Assembly (NCBI GenBank): GCA_039588295.1
Contig: JBDHAB010000003.1
Location: forward strand, 1 to 64,000
Reading direction: 5' to 3'
Source of the DNA: Gemmatimonadota bacterium
GTDB lineage: Bacteria > Gemmatimonadota > Gemmatimonadetes > Gemmatimonadales > GWC2-71-9
DNA length: 64,000 nt
Below the pieces are notes generated by a model. That model did no database searches, was not told where the DNA came from, and was given only the letters and a program-made list of their open reading frames with translations. The translations under genes were made by a program, and so were the position numbers. Positions 54,978 to 64,000 of the stretch are shown here, piece after piece. Position 1 is the first letter of the stretch; each line of letters starts with the position of its first letter.

Positions 54978-55015
54978 AACGAAAACCGCCTCCCCAACGG
55001 GAGGCGGTTTTCGTT
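54978..55015 (+). terminator. Intrinsic terminator
   Basis: AACGAAAACCGCCTCCC-CAAC-GGGAGGCGGTTTTCGTT. Confidence 0.8.
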
Positions 55016-55046
55016 TCTCTCGGTCTGTGGCCGAACCTGGAGCTGA

Positions 55047-55415
55047 GTGGTGAGACGCCGTAAGCAGTTGGAGCTCGGCCAGACCAACCTGCTGGCGATC
55101 AGTCCGGTACGTCTCGCGGAGTCGGAGGAGCTGGAAGGCCGGCTGGTCGTCATCCGGCCGAAACCGAGCACGCGTGGTGTACGCGGCTTCTTCGACCGAT
55201 TTCTGTACGAGCTTGCCGCAAAGCGCCTGCGACTCGATGACATCGGAACGTTTGCGTGGCGCCATCTCGACGGTCAGCGCACCGTCGCCCAGATCGCAGA
55301 ACTGTTGCGCGAGGAATTTGGTGAGGACGTGGATCCGGCCGAGCAACGGTTGGGCAAGTTGATCTGGGTGCTTTATCGCGAGGGTTTTGTCAGCTACCCC
55401 GGCTTCGACGACTGA
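55047..55415 (+). CDS. PqqD-family (RRE-like) protein
   Basis: LDDIGTFAWRHLDGQRTVAQIAELL..FG..RL..FI..L..GFV pattern. Confidence 0.85.
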   Translation: MVRRRKQLELGQTNLLAISPVRLAESEELEGRLVVIRPKPSTRGVRGFFDRFLYELAAKRLRLDDIGTFAWRHLDGQRTVAQIAELLREEFGEDVDPAEQRLGKLIWVLYREGFVSYPGFDD

Positions 55416-55433
55416 GGCCACCTCTCACACCGC

Positions 55434-56252
55434 TCACGCGATCCCTTCCTCGCGTTGCTCTCGGCCGTACCATTTGAAGAAAAGCACCGACGCGGTTCCG
55501 AAAATGATGAAGCCGCCCACCAGCTTCATGGCCATTCCCGCCAGTTGCTGGTCCTGGGTGGCAGAGAGCCTCCCTACGCGTGGTGCGAGCTCGTACAGCG
55601 CATAGATCGGGTAGTCGGCGAACGTCAAGAACGAGGCGGGGACGGTCGGCAGGAACACGTTTGCCAACAAAAACACGATGCGACCGGGGTAGGGAAGCGG
55701 ACGGAGTTCCGGCAACGGGCCCAGGACCTGCCACCAGAACACCAGACCCGAGAGGAGCCACGCCATATCGACGGCGAACGAGCCCACCTGCGTCACGGTG
55801 AGACCATCGACCGCCGTGGGAAGGTGGGTCCCGAGCATCACGAAGTTGAACACCACAAATGCCATCAGCGGACGGCTGAGGAACCGGGCGATCCGGTTCG
55901 CCCACGTCGGACTGATGAACGCCCGCAGCAACCACGTTGGCGTACCGTGCAGGAGGAGCGGCGGCGCGACCATGGTAAAGAGCAGGTACTGCACCATGTG
56001 AACGCTCGCCAGGTATCCGGCCCCGAGCGGTCCGAGCGGCCAATCAGCCGCGATCCACAGGACAAGCACTCCGAGCACGAACGCCGCGACCTGGCCGGGT
56101 CGTGTCGGAAGCCGCTCGGCGCCCCGAAAGAGCAGTCCTCTGACCGCAGCACCATACCCAATCAGCAGCAGCGCCACGAGAGCCCATACGCCGACATACG
56201 GCTGCCAGGCCCAGTCCCATGAGGTCGTTTGCGCGGAACACCACCAGGTCAT
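55434..56252 (-). CDS. ctaG: Cytochrome c oxidase assembly factor CtaG-like
   Basis: SVHMVQYLL..VAPPLLL.GTP, DQQLAG..MK; multiple TMs. Confidence 0.88.
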   Translation of the reverse strand: MTWWCSAQTTSWDWAWQPYVGVWALVALLLIGYGAAVRGLLFRGAERLPTRPGQVAAFVLGVLVLWIAADWPLGPLGAGYLASVHMVQYLLFTMVAPPLLLHGTPTWLLRAFISPTWANRIARFLSRPLMAFVVFNFVMLGTHLPTAVDGLTVTQVGSFAVDMAWLLSGLVFWWQVLGPLPELRPLPYPGRIVFLLANVFLPTVPASFLTFADYPIYALYELAPRVGRLSATQDQQLAGMAMKLVGGFIIFGTASVLFFKWYGREQREEGIA

Positions 56253-56758
56253 CGATCGGCGTCTCCGGCCGACTCCAGACGCTCGACCACTTCTGTGTAT
56301 GTCAGTGCCGCCGCGCGAACCGACACCGTTCCGGCCCGCGCGAACGTCAACGCGATCTCGACGGTGTCGCCGACCTGCACCGGCTTCGCGAGGCCGGTGA
56401 GCATGACGTGGTAGCCTCCCGGTCTCAACCGGAGTTGGCCGCCGGGTAGGACCGGCGCGGCCAGTACCGGTTGCATGCGGGACCGTCCGTTTTCGGTGAC
56501 GACGGTGTGCAGCGCTGCGTCACCGATCGCGGTGGCGACGGAAAGCAAGCTGTCGGCGTTTGAGCCATGGTTGACCACCGTGAAGTACACCGATGCCACG
56601 TCGGGTGCGGCGGAGGCTGGGGCAAAGGCATCGTAGATCGAGAGTCCGCCGAGCGTAGCCACCGGCTCGCGGACGTCGCCGGAGTTGGCCTGACCGCAAC
56701 CGATGAAGATCCCGACCCCGGCGGCGGACCATAGCGTTCCTCGCCGCATCGCGCTCAC
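56249..56758 (-). CDS. Copper chaperone PCu(A)C
   Basis: H-x10-M-x21-H-x-M motif; lipobox-like FIGC. Confidence 0.9.
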   Translation of the reverse strand: MSAMRRGTLWSAAGVGIFIGCGQANSGDVREPVATLGGLSIYDAFAPASAAPDVASVYFTVVNHGSNADSLLSVATAIGDAALHTVVTENGRSRMQPVLAAPVLPGGQLRLRPGGYHVMLTGLAKPVQVGDTVEIALTFARAGTVSVRAAALTYTEVVERLESAGDADR

Positions 56759-57414
56759 CACGCCTCATCCACCAGACGCGGGAGGTCGTTCGCCCAGTCG
56801 CTTTGTCTCGTACCCGACGGGTAGATCACGTGCGCACTGTCATCGGCAGTGAACGCGAGAACATAGGCGGCATGGCCCATGAGGTAATCGGGGCCCTCAC
56901 CTTGCTTGACTGCGGCGGGCAAGTTCAGGGACCGCTGAATGCTGTTCACCGCGTCGAGCGAGCCAGTCAGGCCCACGAACGTTGGGTCGAAGTTGTCGAG
57001 CCACGACCGGAGCCGTTCGGGAGTATCGCGCTCGGGATCGACGGTAACCATCACGACGCGCACTCGGTTGGCGGTCTGTGGCGGAACCTTGCGAAGCACC
57101 GCAGCGATGTTCGCCATGTGCACGGGGCAGATGTCAGGACAGTACGTGTAGCCGAAGAAGAGCAGGGTGACGTATCCGGACGTCTCGCGCCTGAAATCGA
57201 ACGGGGCTCCAGACGTCGTTGTGAGTGTGAAGTCGGTCTTTGGCAGTGCCTCGCCGAGCACGACGCCCCGCAGCTCGCCAAAGCCGCGCGGTGTGCCCTC
57301 GCCGCAGCCGATCGGGAGGAGAGCGAGAGCCAAGCCCACGGGCGTTATCATACCGCGAAGCCAGCGGCGAATGGCGGTTCGATTCGGGGTCAATCGGTCA
57401 TAACTGGAGTGCAT
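56755..57414 (-). CDS. SCO-family protein
   Basis: FFGYTYCPDICP, TVDPERDTP, conserved His (MGHAA); start uncertain. Confidence 0.93.
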   Translation of the reverse strand: MHSSYDRLTPNRTAIRRWLRGMITPVGLALALLPIGCGEGTPRGFGELRGVVLGEALPKTDFTLTTTSGAPFDFRRETSGYVTLLFFGYTYCPDICPVHMANIAAVLRKVPPQTANRVRVVMVTVDPERDTPERLRSWLDNFDPTFVGLTGSLDAVNSIQRSLNLPAAVKQGEGPDYLMGHAAYVLAFTADDSAHVIYPSGTRQSDWANDLPRLVDEAW

Positions 57415-57499
57415 CGGTGGCAGAAATCTAGCTGGATGCGGCGGGGCGACGAGAAAGCAGCCGCCCGGGGCGGAGGAACGGAGTGTTAGGTCGTCTCCC

Positions 57500-58558
57500 C
57501 TAGTAGCTCGACCAATTATCCATCCAACCACCGGGGATGGGCGCAAAGCCGGTCAGTGAACTGAAGGCCGTCTGCACGTTGCAGGAATTGTAGCGCACAT
57601 CGATGTGAGTCCCGGCCGGCCCCCACTTGCCTTTTTGCACCGGTGGCCCCGTCTGTTCCCTGAGCCCGGTGACGAACGCGCCCTCGACGCGGCTCGTGTC
57701 CGCTTTGAAGTCGGCTTCCCCACCGACCAGAACGACACCCTGCCAATCGAACAGGGTCCCCTCCAGCTCGAGATCGCCGTCCACGACGAGCAGACCCGTA
57801 CCAATGACGTTGGTGAGCGTGTTGTTCCCTGAGAGGCGATACGTCGACCACGTGTTGAGATCGACGAGATTCGTGTAGTCCGGGGTGAACGCGGACCCGG
57901 TTGCGGCAGCCCAGTCGATGCCAAGGAACGCGATGCTGGCAAAAGTGGCAGTAGCAGGGCCTTCGAGCCCTGCGGGATCGACCTCCGGCGGTAACATGCT
58001 AGGAGTCGGCCCGAAGGGCGCCCTGAGGCCGTACACCGCTGGCTCGACTCCGCATTGGTCGTACCCGATGAGCGAATACGTGCCGTCGCAGCTCGAGCCT
58101 GTGCACCTGAAGTCGTTCACGGTTGTCAGCGCGCCGATCACGTCCATCGCACCGTACTGCCACCTCGCGAACTCTGCGACGACGCGGACCGCCTGAGGAT
58201 CGGCTCCCTGGGTTGGCTTGATCACGCGGCCCCGAGAACGGACGATGAACGTGATTCCACTGAGGGAGTCGGCCGGGCGTCTCACGATGTGGGCCACCAC
58301 ATCGGCGTATCCCCCGGTCACGTTGATGCGAAGCGAGTCGCCGTCGAGCGGCCGGGCCGCAAGGGAATCGTAATAGGCGAGATACTGGTCCAAGCCGCTC
58401 TGCGCGACGATGAGCGCATCGACCACATCACTACTACTCTCAGCAATCCGTCGGTCGACCTGCACCTGCACCATGACCGCCGACAACAAGATGGTGACCG
58501 TGGCGAGCACGAAGATCGTGAGCGGCAGGGCGAACCCGTTCTCGGACGTCCGCAGCAT
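57500..58558 (-). CDS. PilX-like minor pilin with large C-terminal domain
   Basis: Class III signal G|FALP lacking Glu5; AQSGL. Confidence 0.75.
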   Translation of the reverse strand: MLRTSENGFALPLTIFVLATVTILLSAVMVQVQVDRRIAESSSDVVDALIVAQSGLDQYLAYYDSLAARPLDGDSLRINVTGGYADVVAHIVRRPADSLSGITFIVRSRGRVIKPTQGADPQAVRVVAEFARWQYGAMDVIGALTTVNDFRCTGSSCDGTYSLIGYDQCGVEPAVYGLRAPFGPTPSMLPPEVDPAGLEGPATATFASIAFLGIDWAAATGSAFTPDYTNLVDLNTWSTYRLSGNNTLTNVIGTGLLVVDGDLELEGTLFDWQGVVLVGGEADFKADTSRVEGAFVTGLREQTGPPVQKGKWGPAGTHIDVRYNSCNVQTAFSSLTGFAPIPGGWMDNWSSY

Positions 58559-58559
58559 C

Positions 58560-59390
58560 TCAGTTCGCTCGGTTCAGAAAGCGAATCTGACTGACCAGGC
58601 TGAACTTCGTGGGTTCCGCGGCGCCTCTCGGTGTACTCTCGCTTGCCCCTACGAAGCGCAGTTCGAGGCCTAGGACCGTCGTCAGATCGGCGGGGGGTGT
58701 TGGCAGCGCTGTCAGCGTGGGATCCGTCAGGAATCCGAAACCGGAAGATGTGTCGAACGGTGCGACCAGCTCTTCGTACGCGGCGGTGCTGGCCTTCCGC
58801 CACAGCCCGACTCGCCCGGGGAGATCCACCGACGGCGCGAACTTGTAGGTCACGTTCTGAAACAGGTAGCCGAGGCTTGCGGACAGCGGCTTGAACGGCG
58901 CGCCGGAGGGCACGTTGGAGATTGCGACCAACTGTCCGCCGGGCACGGTGTGAATGCTGTCTGCGACACAAGTCGAGGAATCGGTCGTCGTCATGACACC
59001 GACGGGGGCGATAAACTGGAAGACACCGTCGTTGCGTTGCCACGCGAGTCCATCGGGCGTCGCCGTGGCGTAGGCGAGGGAGTCACTGGGCACCAGCGTC
59101 GCGATGTGATCGCTCCCCACCCGGTCGCACATCGTCCCGAAGACGTAGGGTACGCGCACGGTCACGCTCTCAGGCGCAGCGGCGATGAGTGCTGAATCGC
59201 CCAGCATGCGGAGCTCCACGGCGGTCCAGTTCATGGCCGTGCGCGCGGTTCGGCGGGCGCTCAACATCGCTTCCTGTCGACCGGCGAAGCGCGAGTCGTT
59301 GACCAGAAGCCGGGTGAGCGCCGTGCCGAGAATGCCCGCGACGAGCACCGCGATGAGAAGCTCCACCAACGTAAACCCGGCGCGTCTCAA
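58560..59390 (-). CDS. PilW-like minor pilin
   Basis: G|FTLVELLIA; TTG start overlapping the upstream stop (TTGA). Confidence 0.85.
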   Translation of the reverse strand: MRRAGFTLVELLIAVLVAGILGTALTRLLVNDSRFAGRQEAMLSARRTARTAMNWTAVELRMLGDSALIAAAPESVTVRVPYVFGTMCDRVGSDHIATLVPSDSLAYATATPDGLAWQRNDGVFQFIAPVGVMTTTDSSTCVADSIHTVPGGQLVAISNVPSGAPFKPLSASLGYLFQNVTYKFAPSVDLPGRVGLWRKASTAAYEELVAPFDTSSGFGFLTDPTLTALPTPPADLTTVLGLELRFVGASESTPRGAAEPTKFSLVSQIRFLNRAN

Positions 59391-59812
59391 TTGACCTTGA
59401 ACGGTGAGGGTGAGAGCGGTGCGGTCCGGTGCACTACGACCGTTTCCGGCGCAACGACGAGTACGCCCGTGGGATTCACCGTGACCGTAACGCGCTTGAC
59501 GCTCGGTGTCGGGTTCTGCACCGTGGTGCACCGCGAGTAGGCCATGAGCCCGGAGGAGTCGGACTGGCACCCGACCGAGCCGTCGATACTGTCCCAGGGA
59601 AGACCCTGCGCCCACGAGGACGCAGTGGTGACCGCGGCGCTGCGGTAGCCGGCCACGGAGGCGTTGCGTGCCTGACGGGCGACCTGAAACATCAGCCCAC
59701 CCAGCGCGATGAGCACCGCTGAGAGGATCCCCAACGCGACCATGACCTCGATCAGTGAGACACCGGTCTCGGACGAGAGCGTGTTACGGGAGAACACGGA
59801 CCTGACCGGCAC
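59387..59812 (-). CDS. PilV-like minor pilin
   Basis: G|VSLIEVMVAL; short; Cys pair. Confidence 0.82.
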   Translation of the reverse strand: MPVRSVFSRNTLSSETGVSLIEVMVALGILSAVLIALGGLMFQVARQARNASVAGYRSAAVTTASSWAQGLPWDSIDGSVGCQSDSSGLMAYSRCTTVQNPTPSVKRVTVTVNPTGVLVVAPETVVVHRTAPLSPSPFKVN

Positions 59813-60242
59813 GGGTGAGTCTGATTTGCTCGGTGTTGGTGGCTCGGCCCACCGTATACGTCACAGTCTGGGCGGCGACCCCGTTGGGAAAGATCTCCAC
59901 GGTGCTCGGCGTTGCCATGAGCGTGTCCAGCCCGAATTCGGTATCCGGCCCGGTGAACCGCCGCCGGAAGATCGTACCGCCCCGACTGCGAATTAACAGC
60001 AATCTGAGCGATGCGTTCACGATCACCACGACCGGTTCCCGTTGGCGTGCTGCGACCATCTGGGCGTACTGCAGGTCGGCGGCGATCGTGGACGCCGCCT
60101 GGCGGGCGCGGGCGCGTTCGATGGCCGGGCCGGTGCGCCAGACCGCAATCGCAACGAGGATGCCCGCGAGCGATATGACAACCGCTAACTCGACGACGGA
60201 GAACCCCGCCGTTCGCCCACTTCGGTGTCCGATTCTGGTCAT
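59784..60242 (-). CDS. FimT/GspH-like minor pilin
   Basis: G|FSVVELAVV, ADLQYAQMVA, FPNG, TRAGQV. Confidence 0.85.
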   Translation of the reverse strand: MTRIGHRSGRTAGFSVVELAVVISLAGILVAIAVWRTGPAIERARARQAASTIAADLQYAQMVAARQREPVVVIVNASLRLLLIRSRGGTIFRRRFTGPDTEFGLDTLMATPSTVEIFPNGVAAQTVTYTVGRATNTEQIRLTRAGQVRVLP

Positions 60243-60404
60243 GACAAAACCTACGGCCGCAAGCTCCGGGCCACTATGGCCTGGTTGGCAAGCAGACCCG
60301 AGCATGGCTCGAGGCCGGAGTGCGCCCGACGGCGCAGATGTTTCCTAACTCCCTGTGATCCGCTAAGTTACTCGTCCGTTCCCCCGCTCATTGGAGGTTG
60401 CACC

Positions 60405-61004
60405 ATGACCGCAGTTCTTGCTGTGCTTGCGATCACACTCACCGGCAATCCGACCGTTTCGCTCGGGTTATTGCGCGATGCGCCAATGGTTACCGACACC
60501 GCCTGTGTCGCCATGAACACCCAGAGGCTGCCGCTGGATTCGCGGCGCAGCCCTCTGGACTCGCTGACGTTCACCGTGGATGGCAGCCCGGTCAAGATCT
60601 GCTATGGGCGGCCGTCGGCCCGCGCACGGACGATGCTCGGTGGCAACGTGCCCTTTGACCGCATCTGGCGAACCGGCGCCAACGAGCCGACGATGATCCA
60701 CGCCACCGTGCCCGTCACGGTTGCGGGCCTGGCCCTCGAACCCGGCAGCTACTCGCTCTACACGGTTCCGGGTGAGGAGTCGTGGGAGATCGTGGTCAAT
60801 CGATCGATCTCGCAGTGGGGGCACGAGTCCAACTACACGGACGCGCTCCGCGCGCAGGAAGTCGGACGCGCTACGGTTCGGACCAGCCACATGGACGAGC
60901 ATGTGGAGGCGTTCACGATCCGGGCGACCGAGCACGACAGCGGCGTGTCAGTGACGCTCGAGTGGGAGCACACGCGGGTCGTCATTCCGGTACGTGGAGG
61001 TTGA
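60405..61004 (+). CDS. DUF2911-family exported protein (second paralogue)
   Basis: [46 protein letters not shown]. Confidence 0.88.
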   Translation: MTAVLAVLAITLTGNPTVSLGLLRDAPMVTDTACVAMNTQRLPLDSRRSPLDSLTFTVDGSPVKICYGRPSARARTMLGGNVPFDRIWRTGANEPTMIHATVPVTVAGLALEPGSYSLYTVPGEESWEIVVNRSISQWGHESNYTDALRAQEVGRATVRTSHMDEHVEAFTIRATEHDSGVSVTLEWEHTRVVIPVRGG

Positions 61005-61035
61005 CGCACCGACCCACGCTGGCGTGCCGCCAGGC

Positions 61036-62541
61036 CTAGGGGAGAGGCGGTGCGTCACCCGCGCCGCCGACGGGCCCGAAGCACTGGGGGTGACGTTCCT
61101 CCAGGTGAGCCGTTGCGCGCCGGGCCCGCCACCGGTCGAGGTTCCAGGCGCGCCAGTCGGCGGGGCCAGACCCTTGCCACTCGCGACGCAAGTCGCGAAG
61201 CAACGTGCATCGGTCCTCGTTGCCGAGCCGGATGGAAGTCGCTGTCAGCGATGGGACGGCGTCCCCACTCAGACCCGTGAGGTACGAGAGATCGAGCTCA
61301 GCGCCCTCGACGGCTCGCGACACATTCGTCCGTGCGACGATCGCGGCAGGATTCGCAACATTGAGCACGGCGAGTGTGAGAAAGCCGCTGACGAGTGGTC
61401 CGATGACGAAACGGTCTCGACGACCTCGCAGTGCGGTGGCGGCAAACCATCCGAGCCCCATGGCGATCCACACCATCACCGCTGTCGCGTAGACCCGCGC
61501 CTCGGTAAGGCCGTACGCCGCCTGGTACAGTCGCAACCGGTCCACCGCCGAGATCAGCATGACTCCAACGAGCAGCAACTGCAGCACGGCGAGCGCACGG
61601 AAGCTGCGAACCGCCTTCGGTTTGCTGCGGTCGAGCGCCCAGTCCGTGACGAGAAGGAGCGGCAGGACGAGCCCGGCAACGGCGATCAGCTCGAAGAACC
61701 CGTGTCTCGCGTACTCGGCGTAGCTCAACTCGGGGACCGACCGCACCGTCGCTTCGCCCCCGAACAGATATCCGATTTGCACCACGACGAACAGCAAGAA
61801 GAGTAGGCTCAAGGCACCGAGGGGAATGCCGATCTCCACCATGCCAAGCCTCGGACGGTCGTCGAGTGCCGGCGGGTCGTTCGCCGGCGCATGACGGGTG
61901 ACCAGAGCGCTCCAGAACCCTGCGGCGGCCCACGAGAGCATGGCGATGATCACGGCGTGTGATACGAGCCGTTCCAGATCTACGCTGAGCAACGATCGCA
62001 CGAGCCGCCCGAAGACGGGATCGGCGGACGTGAGCAGTGCGCCGAAGATGATCAGCACCGGGAAGGCGATCACGGTGCCGAGCAGCACCTTGGTAAGCAG
62101 CTCGACCCAGCGGCTCCGGGATTCGCCGCCACCCCCGAGGTCCTGTACCACCAACGACACCGGTCCCAGGATGAGGTGGACACCCGCTGCGGCAAGACCG
62201 ACGACATACTCCACGACGAGACTGGAGGAGAGCCGTAGGCCGCGAGCGGCGAGCGCCGAAGTTGCCAGTGCGATGCCCACGGCGAGCACGTTCCAGGCGC
62301 GGAGAGTCGGTGCGTCTCGTATGGTGAGGCAGACGGCAAAGACCAGTGCCGTCGCCAGCGCCACCCGTGTCGTGGCCGCAGCGGTCGCGGCACGGACAGT
62401 GAGTCCGGCTGCAACGGCGATCACGAGCCCGATCCACAACGTAAAGTTGAGACCCCACGGGCCAACCCGCAGAAGCGCGTCACCCAGGCACCCAATTGCG
62501 AGGGCGACGACCAACAGTGCCGCAGCGCGCCGTCTGGTCAC
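61036..62541 (-). CDS. DUF4153/DUF4173 membrane protein
   Basis: FGALLTSADPVF, YLFGG, SYAEYARHGFFEL, RLRLY..AYGLT..R, DLSYL..LSGDAVP, WRAWN. Confidence 0.9.
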   Translation of the reverse strand: MTRRRAAALLVVALAIGCLGDALLRVGPWGLNFTLWIGLVIAVAAGLTVRAATAAATTRVALATALVFAVCLTIRDAPTLRAWNVLAVGIALATSALAARGLRLSSSLVVEYVVGLAAAGVHLILGPVSLVVQDLGGGGESRSRWVELLTKVLLGTVIAFPVLIIFGALLTSADPVFGRLVRSLLSVDLERLVSHAVIIAMLSWAAAGFWSALVTRHAPANDPPALDDRPRLGMVEIGIPLGALSLLFLLFVVVQIGYLFGGEATVRSVPELSYAEYARHGFFELIAVAGLVLPLLLVTDWALDRSKPKAVRSFRALAVLQLLLVGVMLISAVDRLRLYQAAYGLTEARVYATAVMVWIAMGLGWFAATALRGRRDRFVIGPLVSGFLTLAVLNVANPAAIVARTNVSRAVEGAELDLSYLTGLSGDAVPSLTATSIRLGNEDRCTLLRDLRREWQGSGPADWRAWNLDRWRARRATAHLEERHPQCFGPVGGAGDAPPLP

Positions 62542-62560
62542 GTCGACGATTCCAGGCTCG

Positions 62561-63238
62561 TTAGCTGGCGAGTCGGAACACGGTGGACTTGTGGAGGAGG
62601 CTGTCTTCATCGCCGATGAGGAACAGTTCTGACAGCCTGGCAAGCCATTCGCGTTCGGCGATCAGCAGCCGGGGGTTTGAGACGTCGCCGGGAAGATCGA
62701 ACACGAGCCGGGTGCGATAGCTGGTTGCGGCATCGACCACCCGGCCGAGTGGCGGCTGCGGGCCCAGAATTCGTGCCAGTGCTGCCTCGCCGCGCTCTGA
62801 GCGTTCGTACCGCCGGCCGGCGGCGTCGATGATATCTGCCACGGGTCGAGCCAACCCAACTGGTACGCGTTGGGCGTCCGAGGCCTGCTCGACGGTGACG
62901 ACGTAGAAGATTCCGTCTGCCGTGGCCTGATCGGCCCCACTGCCCAGCGACGTAAACGTCTCCACATCGCGCACGGTCACCATGACATGACAGTCGAGGT
63001 AAAAGCCGCAGAAGCGCTTGAACTGATTGGGCTCGAGTACCTGCTCGCGGCTGGTGAGCGAGACGGCGATCAGGCCTGCCAGATAGAGGCCCAGCCAGCC
63101 AGCGCCAATGGCCGCCGCGGTCTTGGCCCGCTCGCCGCGACCTCGCAAGACGCCGACGAGGGCTGCCACCGCGGTCACGACGACGATCAGTGCGGTAAGC
63201 AGCAGGAGTGGAATCGCGAGGGCGCCAAGCAAGCTCAT
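62561..63238 (-). CDS. Hypothetical membrane protein with periplasmic Ig-like (DUF4352-like) domain
   Basis: Two N-terminal TMs; FCGFYLDCH; DAAGRRY, LVFDLP, LIGDEDS.LH; GGAG RBS. Confidence 0.75.
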   Translation of the reverse strand: MSLLGALAIPLLLLTALIVVVTAVAALVGVLRGRGERAKTAAAIGAGWLGLYLAGLIAVSLTSREQVLEPNQFKRFCGFYLDCHVMVTVRDVETFTSLGSGADQATADGIFYVVTVEQASDAQRVPVGLARPVADIIDAAGRRYERSERGEAALARILGPQPPLGRVVDAATSYRTRLVFDLPGDVSNPRLLIAEREWLARLSELFLIGDEDSLLHKSTVFRLAS

Positions 63239-63256
63239 CGGTCAGCTCCACCGGTT

Positions 63257-63293
63257 GGTTGCCAATATAAAGTACTTTGCAATACAAAGTCAA
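63257..63293 (-). promoter_or_regulatory. Sigma70-like promoter overlapped by palindromic operator
   Basis: Minus strand TTGACT-18nt-TATATT; palindrome ACTTTG-CAATA-CAAAGT (63274-63290) plus a degenerate adjacent copy (63257-63273). Confidence 0.7.
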
Positions 63294-63407
63294 ATTGCAT
63301 GGGCCTCACGCGTCTGACGGGCGGGGGTGGGTAGCTCACCATTTTCAACCTGGGAGCAAGAGACGCGTGGATTCTCCACACGGGGCATGCTAGGTTGAGG
63401 CTCGCTT

Positions 63408-64000
63408 ATGTCGCCGACCGATACATCACACACAGTGCCGCTGCTCGAGCGGCTCCGAGATCCACAGCCGTTGGTCGCCGTGGAACTCCGCCCGCCCAAG
63501 GCGGACCTTCCACAGGACCAGAGTATGGATATGTGGATCGACATGTACCACTCCGTCCGGCGACTCGCGGCAGGCGACACGGTGCTGTTCCTCACGGATA
63601 ACGCGGTCGGCGAAGCCGAGGAAGAGAACCTTCAACACCTGGCCACGAATTTGGCCGGTGACGTCAGCTCCGAGAAGCTGGTGCCGTTTCTCACCTGCAA
63701 GCACTCGCTGCGCTACTGTCTCATGTATGCGGACCGCGCTGCGGCGCACAACTTCCAGGCTGTTACCGTATTGGGGGGTGACCGCACGGTTGGGCCGCCT
63801 CGGTGCCTGGAGTACGCGTACATGCTGCGACAGCGGATTCGGGCCCGCCATCCAGGCTTGGTCCTCGGGGGATGGGCGAATCCGCATCGGGATGCGGCAG
63901 AGCAGGTGGAGCTTCTCCTGCGGCAGGAGTTCACGGGCGAGTTCTATCTCACGCAGGTCGTCTCACACCATCAACTGGATGCGGTGGAACGGTTTCTCGT
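63408..64000 (+). CDS. Methylenetetrahydrofolate reductase-like flavoprotein (3'-truncated by window; not in the ORF track)
   Basis: Manual translation from ATG 63408: VELRPPK, FLTDN, PFLTCKH, VLGGD, GGWANP, FYLTQ; open to the window end. Confidence 0.75.
   Translation, partial: MSPTDTSHTVPLLERLRDPQPLVAVELRPPKADLPQDQSMDMWIDMYHSVRRLAAGDTVLFLTDNAVGEAEEENLQHLATNLAGDVSSEKLVPFLTCKHSLRYCLMYADRAAAHNFQAVTVLGGDRTVGPPRCLEYAYMLRQRIRARHPGLVLGGWANPHRDAAEQVELLLRQEFTGEFYLTQVVSHHQLDAVERFL

Overview
High-GC bacterial chromosomal window. The gene content and style suggest Gemmatimonadota or a similar lineage (inference). The left edge holds an integron with an intact-looking IntI (774-1775, minus) whose cassette array lies at the 3' end of intI and is co-oriented with it ('inverted integrase' layout): a putative attI at ~519-560, a first cassette encoding a small membrane protein (109-495), and a long attC that runs off the window. 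The rest is densely coded. It includes exported hypotheticals, two ECF sigma/anti-sigma/Spy-like triads, and a Ser/Thr kinase. Two molybdoenzyme clusters converge: desaturase + Mo-bisPGD enzyme + DmsB-DmsC fusion, and YggX + an HcrCAB-like enzyme with Gln at the canonical catalytic Glu. There is also a dipeptidase/exported-Rid operon and a ~23 kb minus-strand run (thrB, DUF5916, MacAB-TolC, cls, asnB, ArnT-like, nth, peptidases). The right part has an ECF transporter with one degenerate ATPase, PepD/M42/OPT/PqqD, CtaG-PCuAC-SCO, four minor pilins, a DUF4153 operon with a palindromic operator, and a truncated MTHFR-like gene. No rRNA, tRNA, CRISPR or IS was recognised. All family calls are by motif recognition only; no database search was run.
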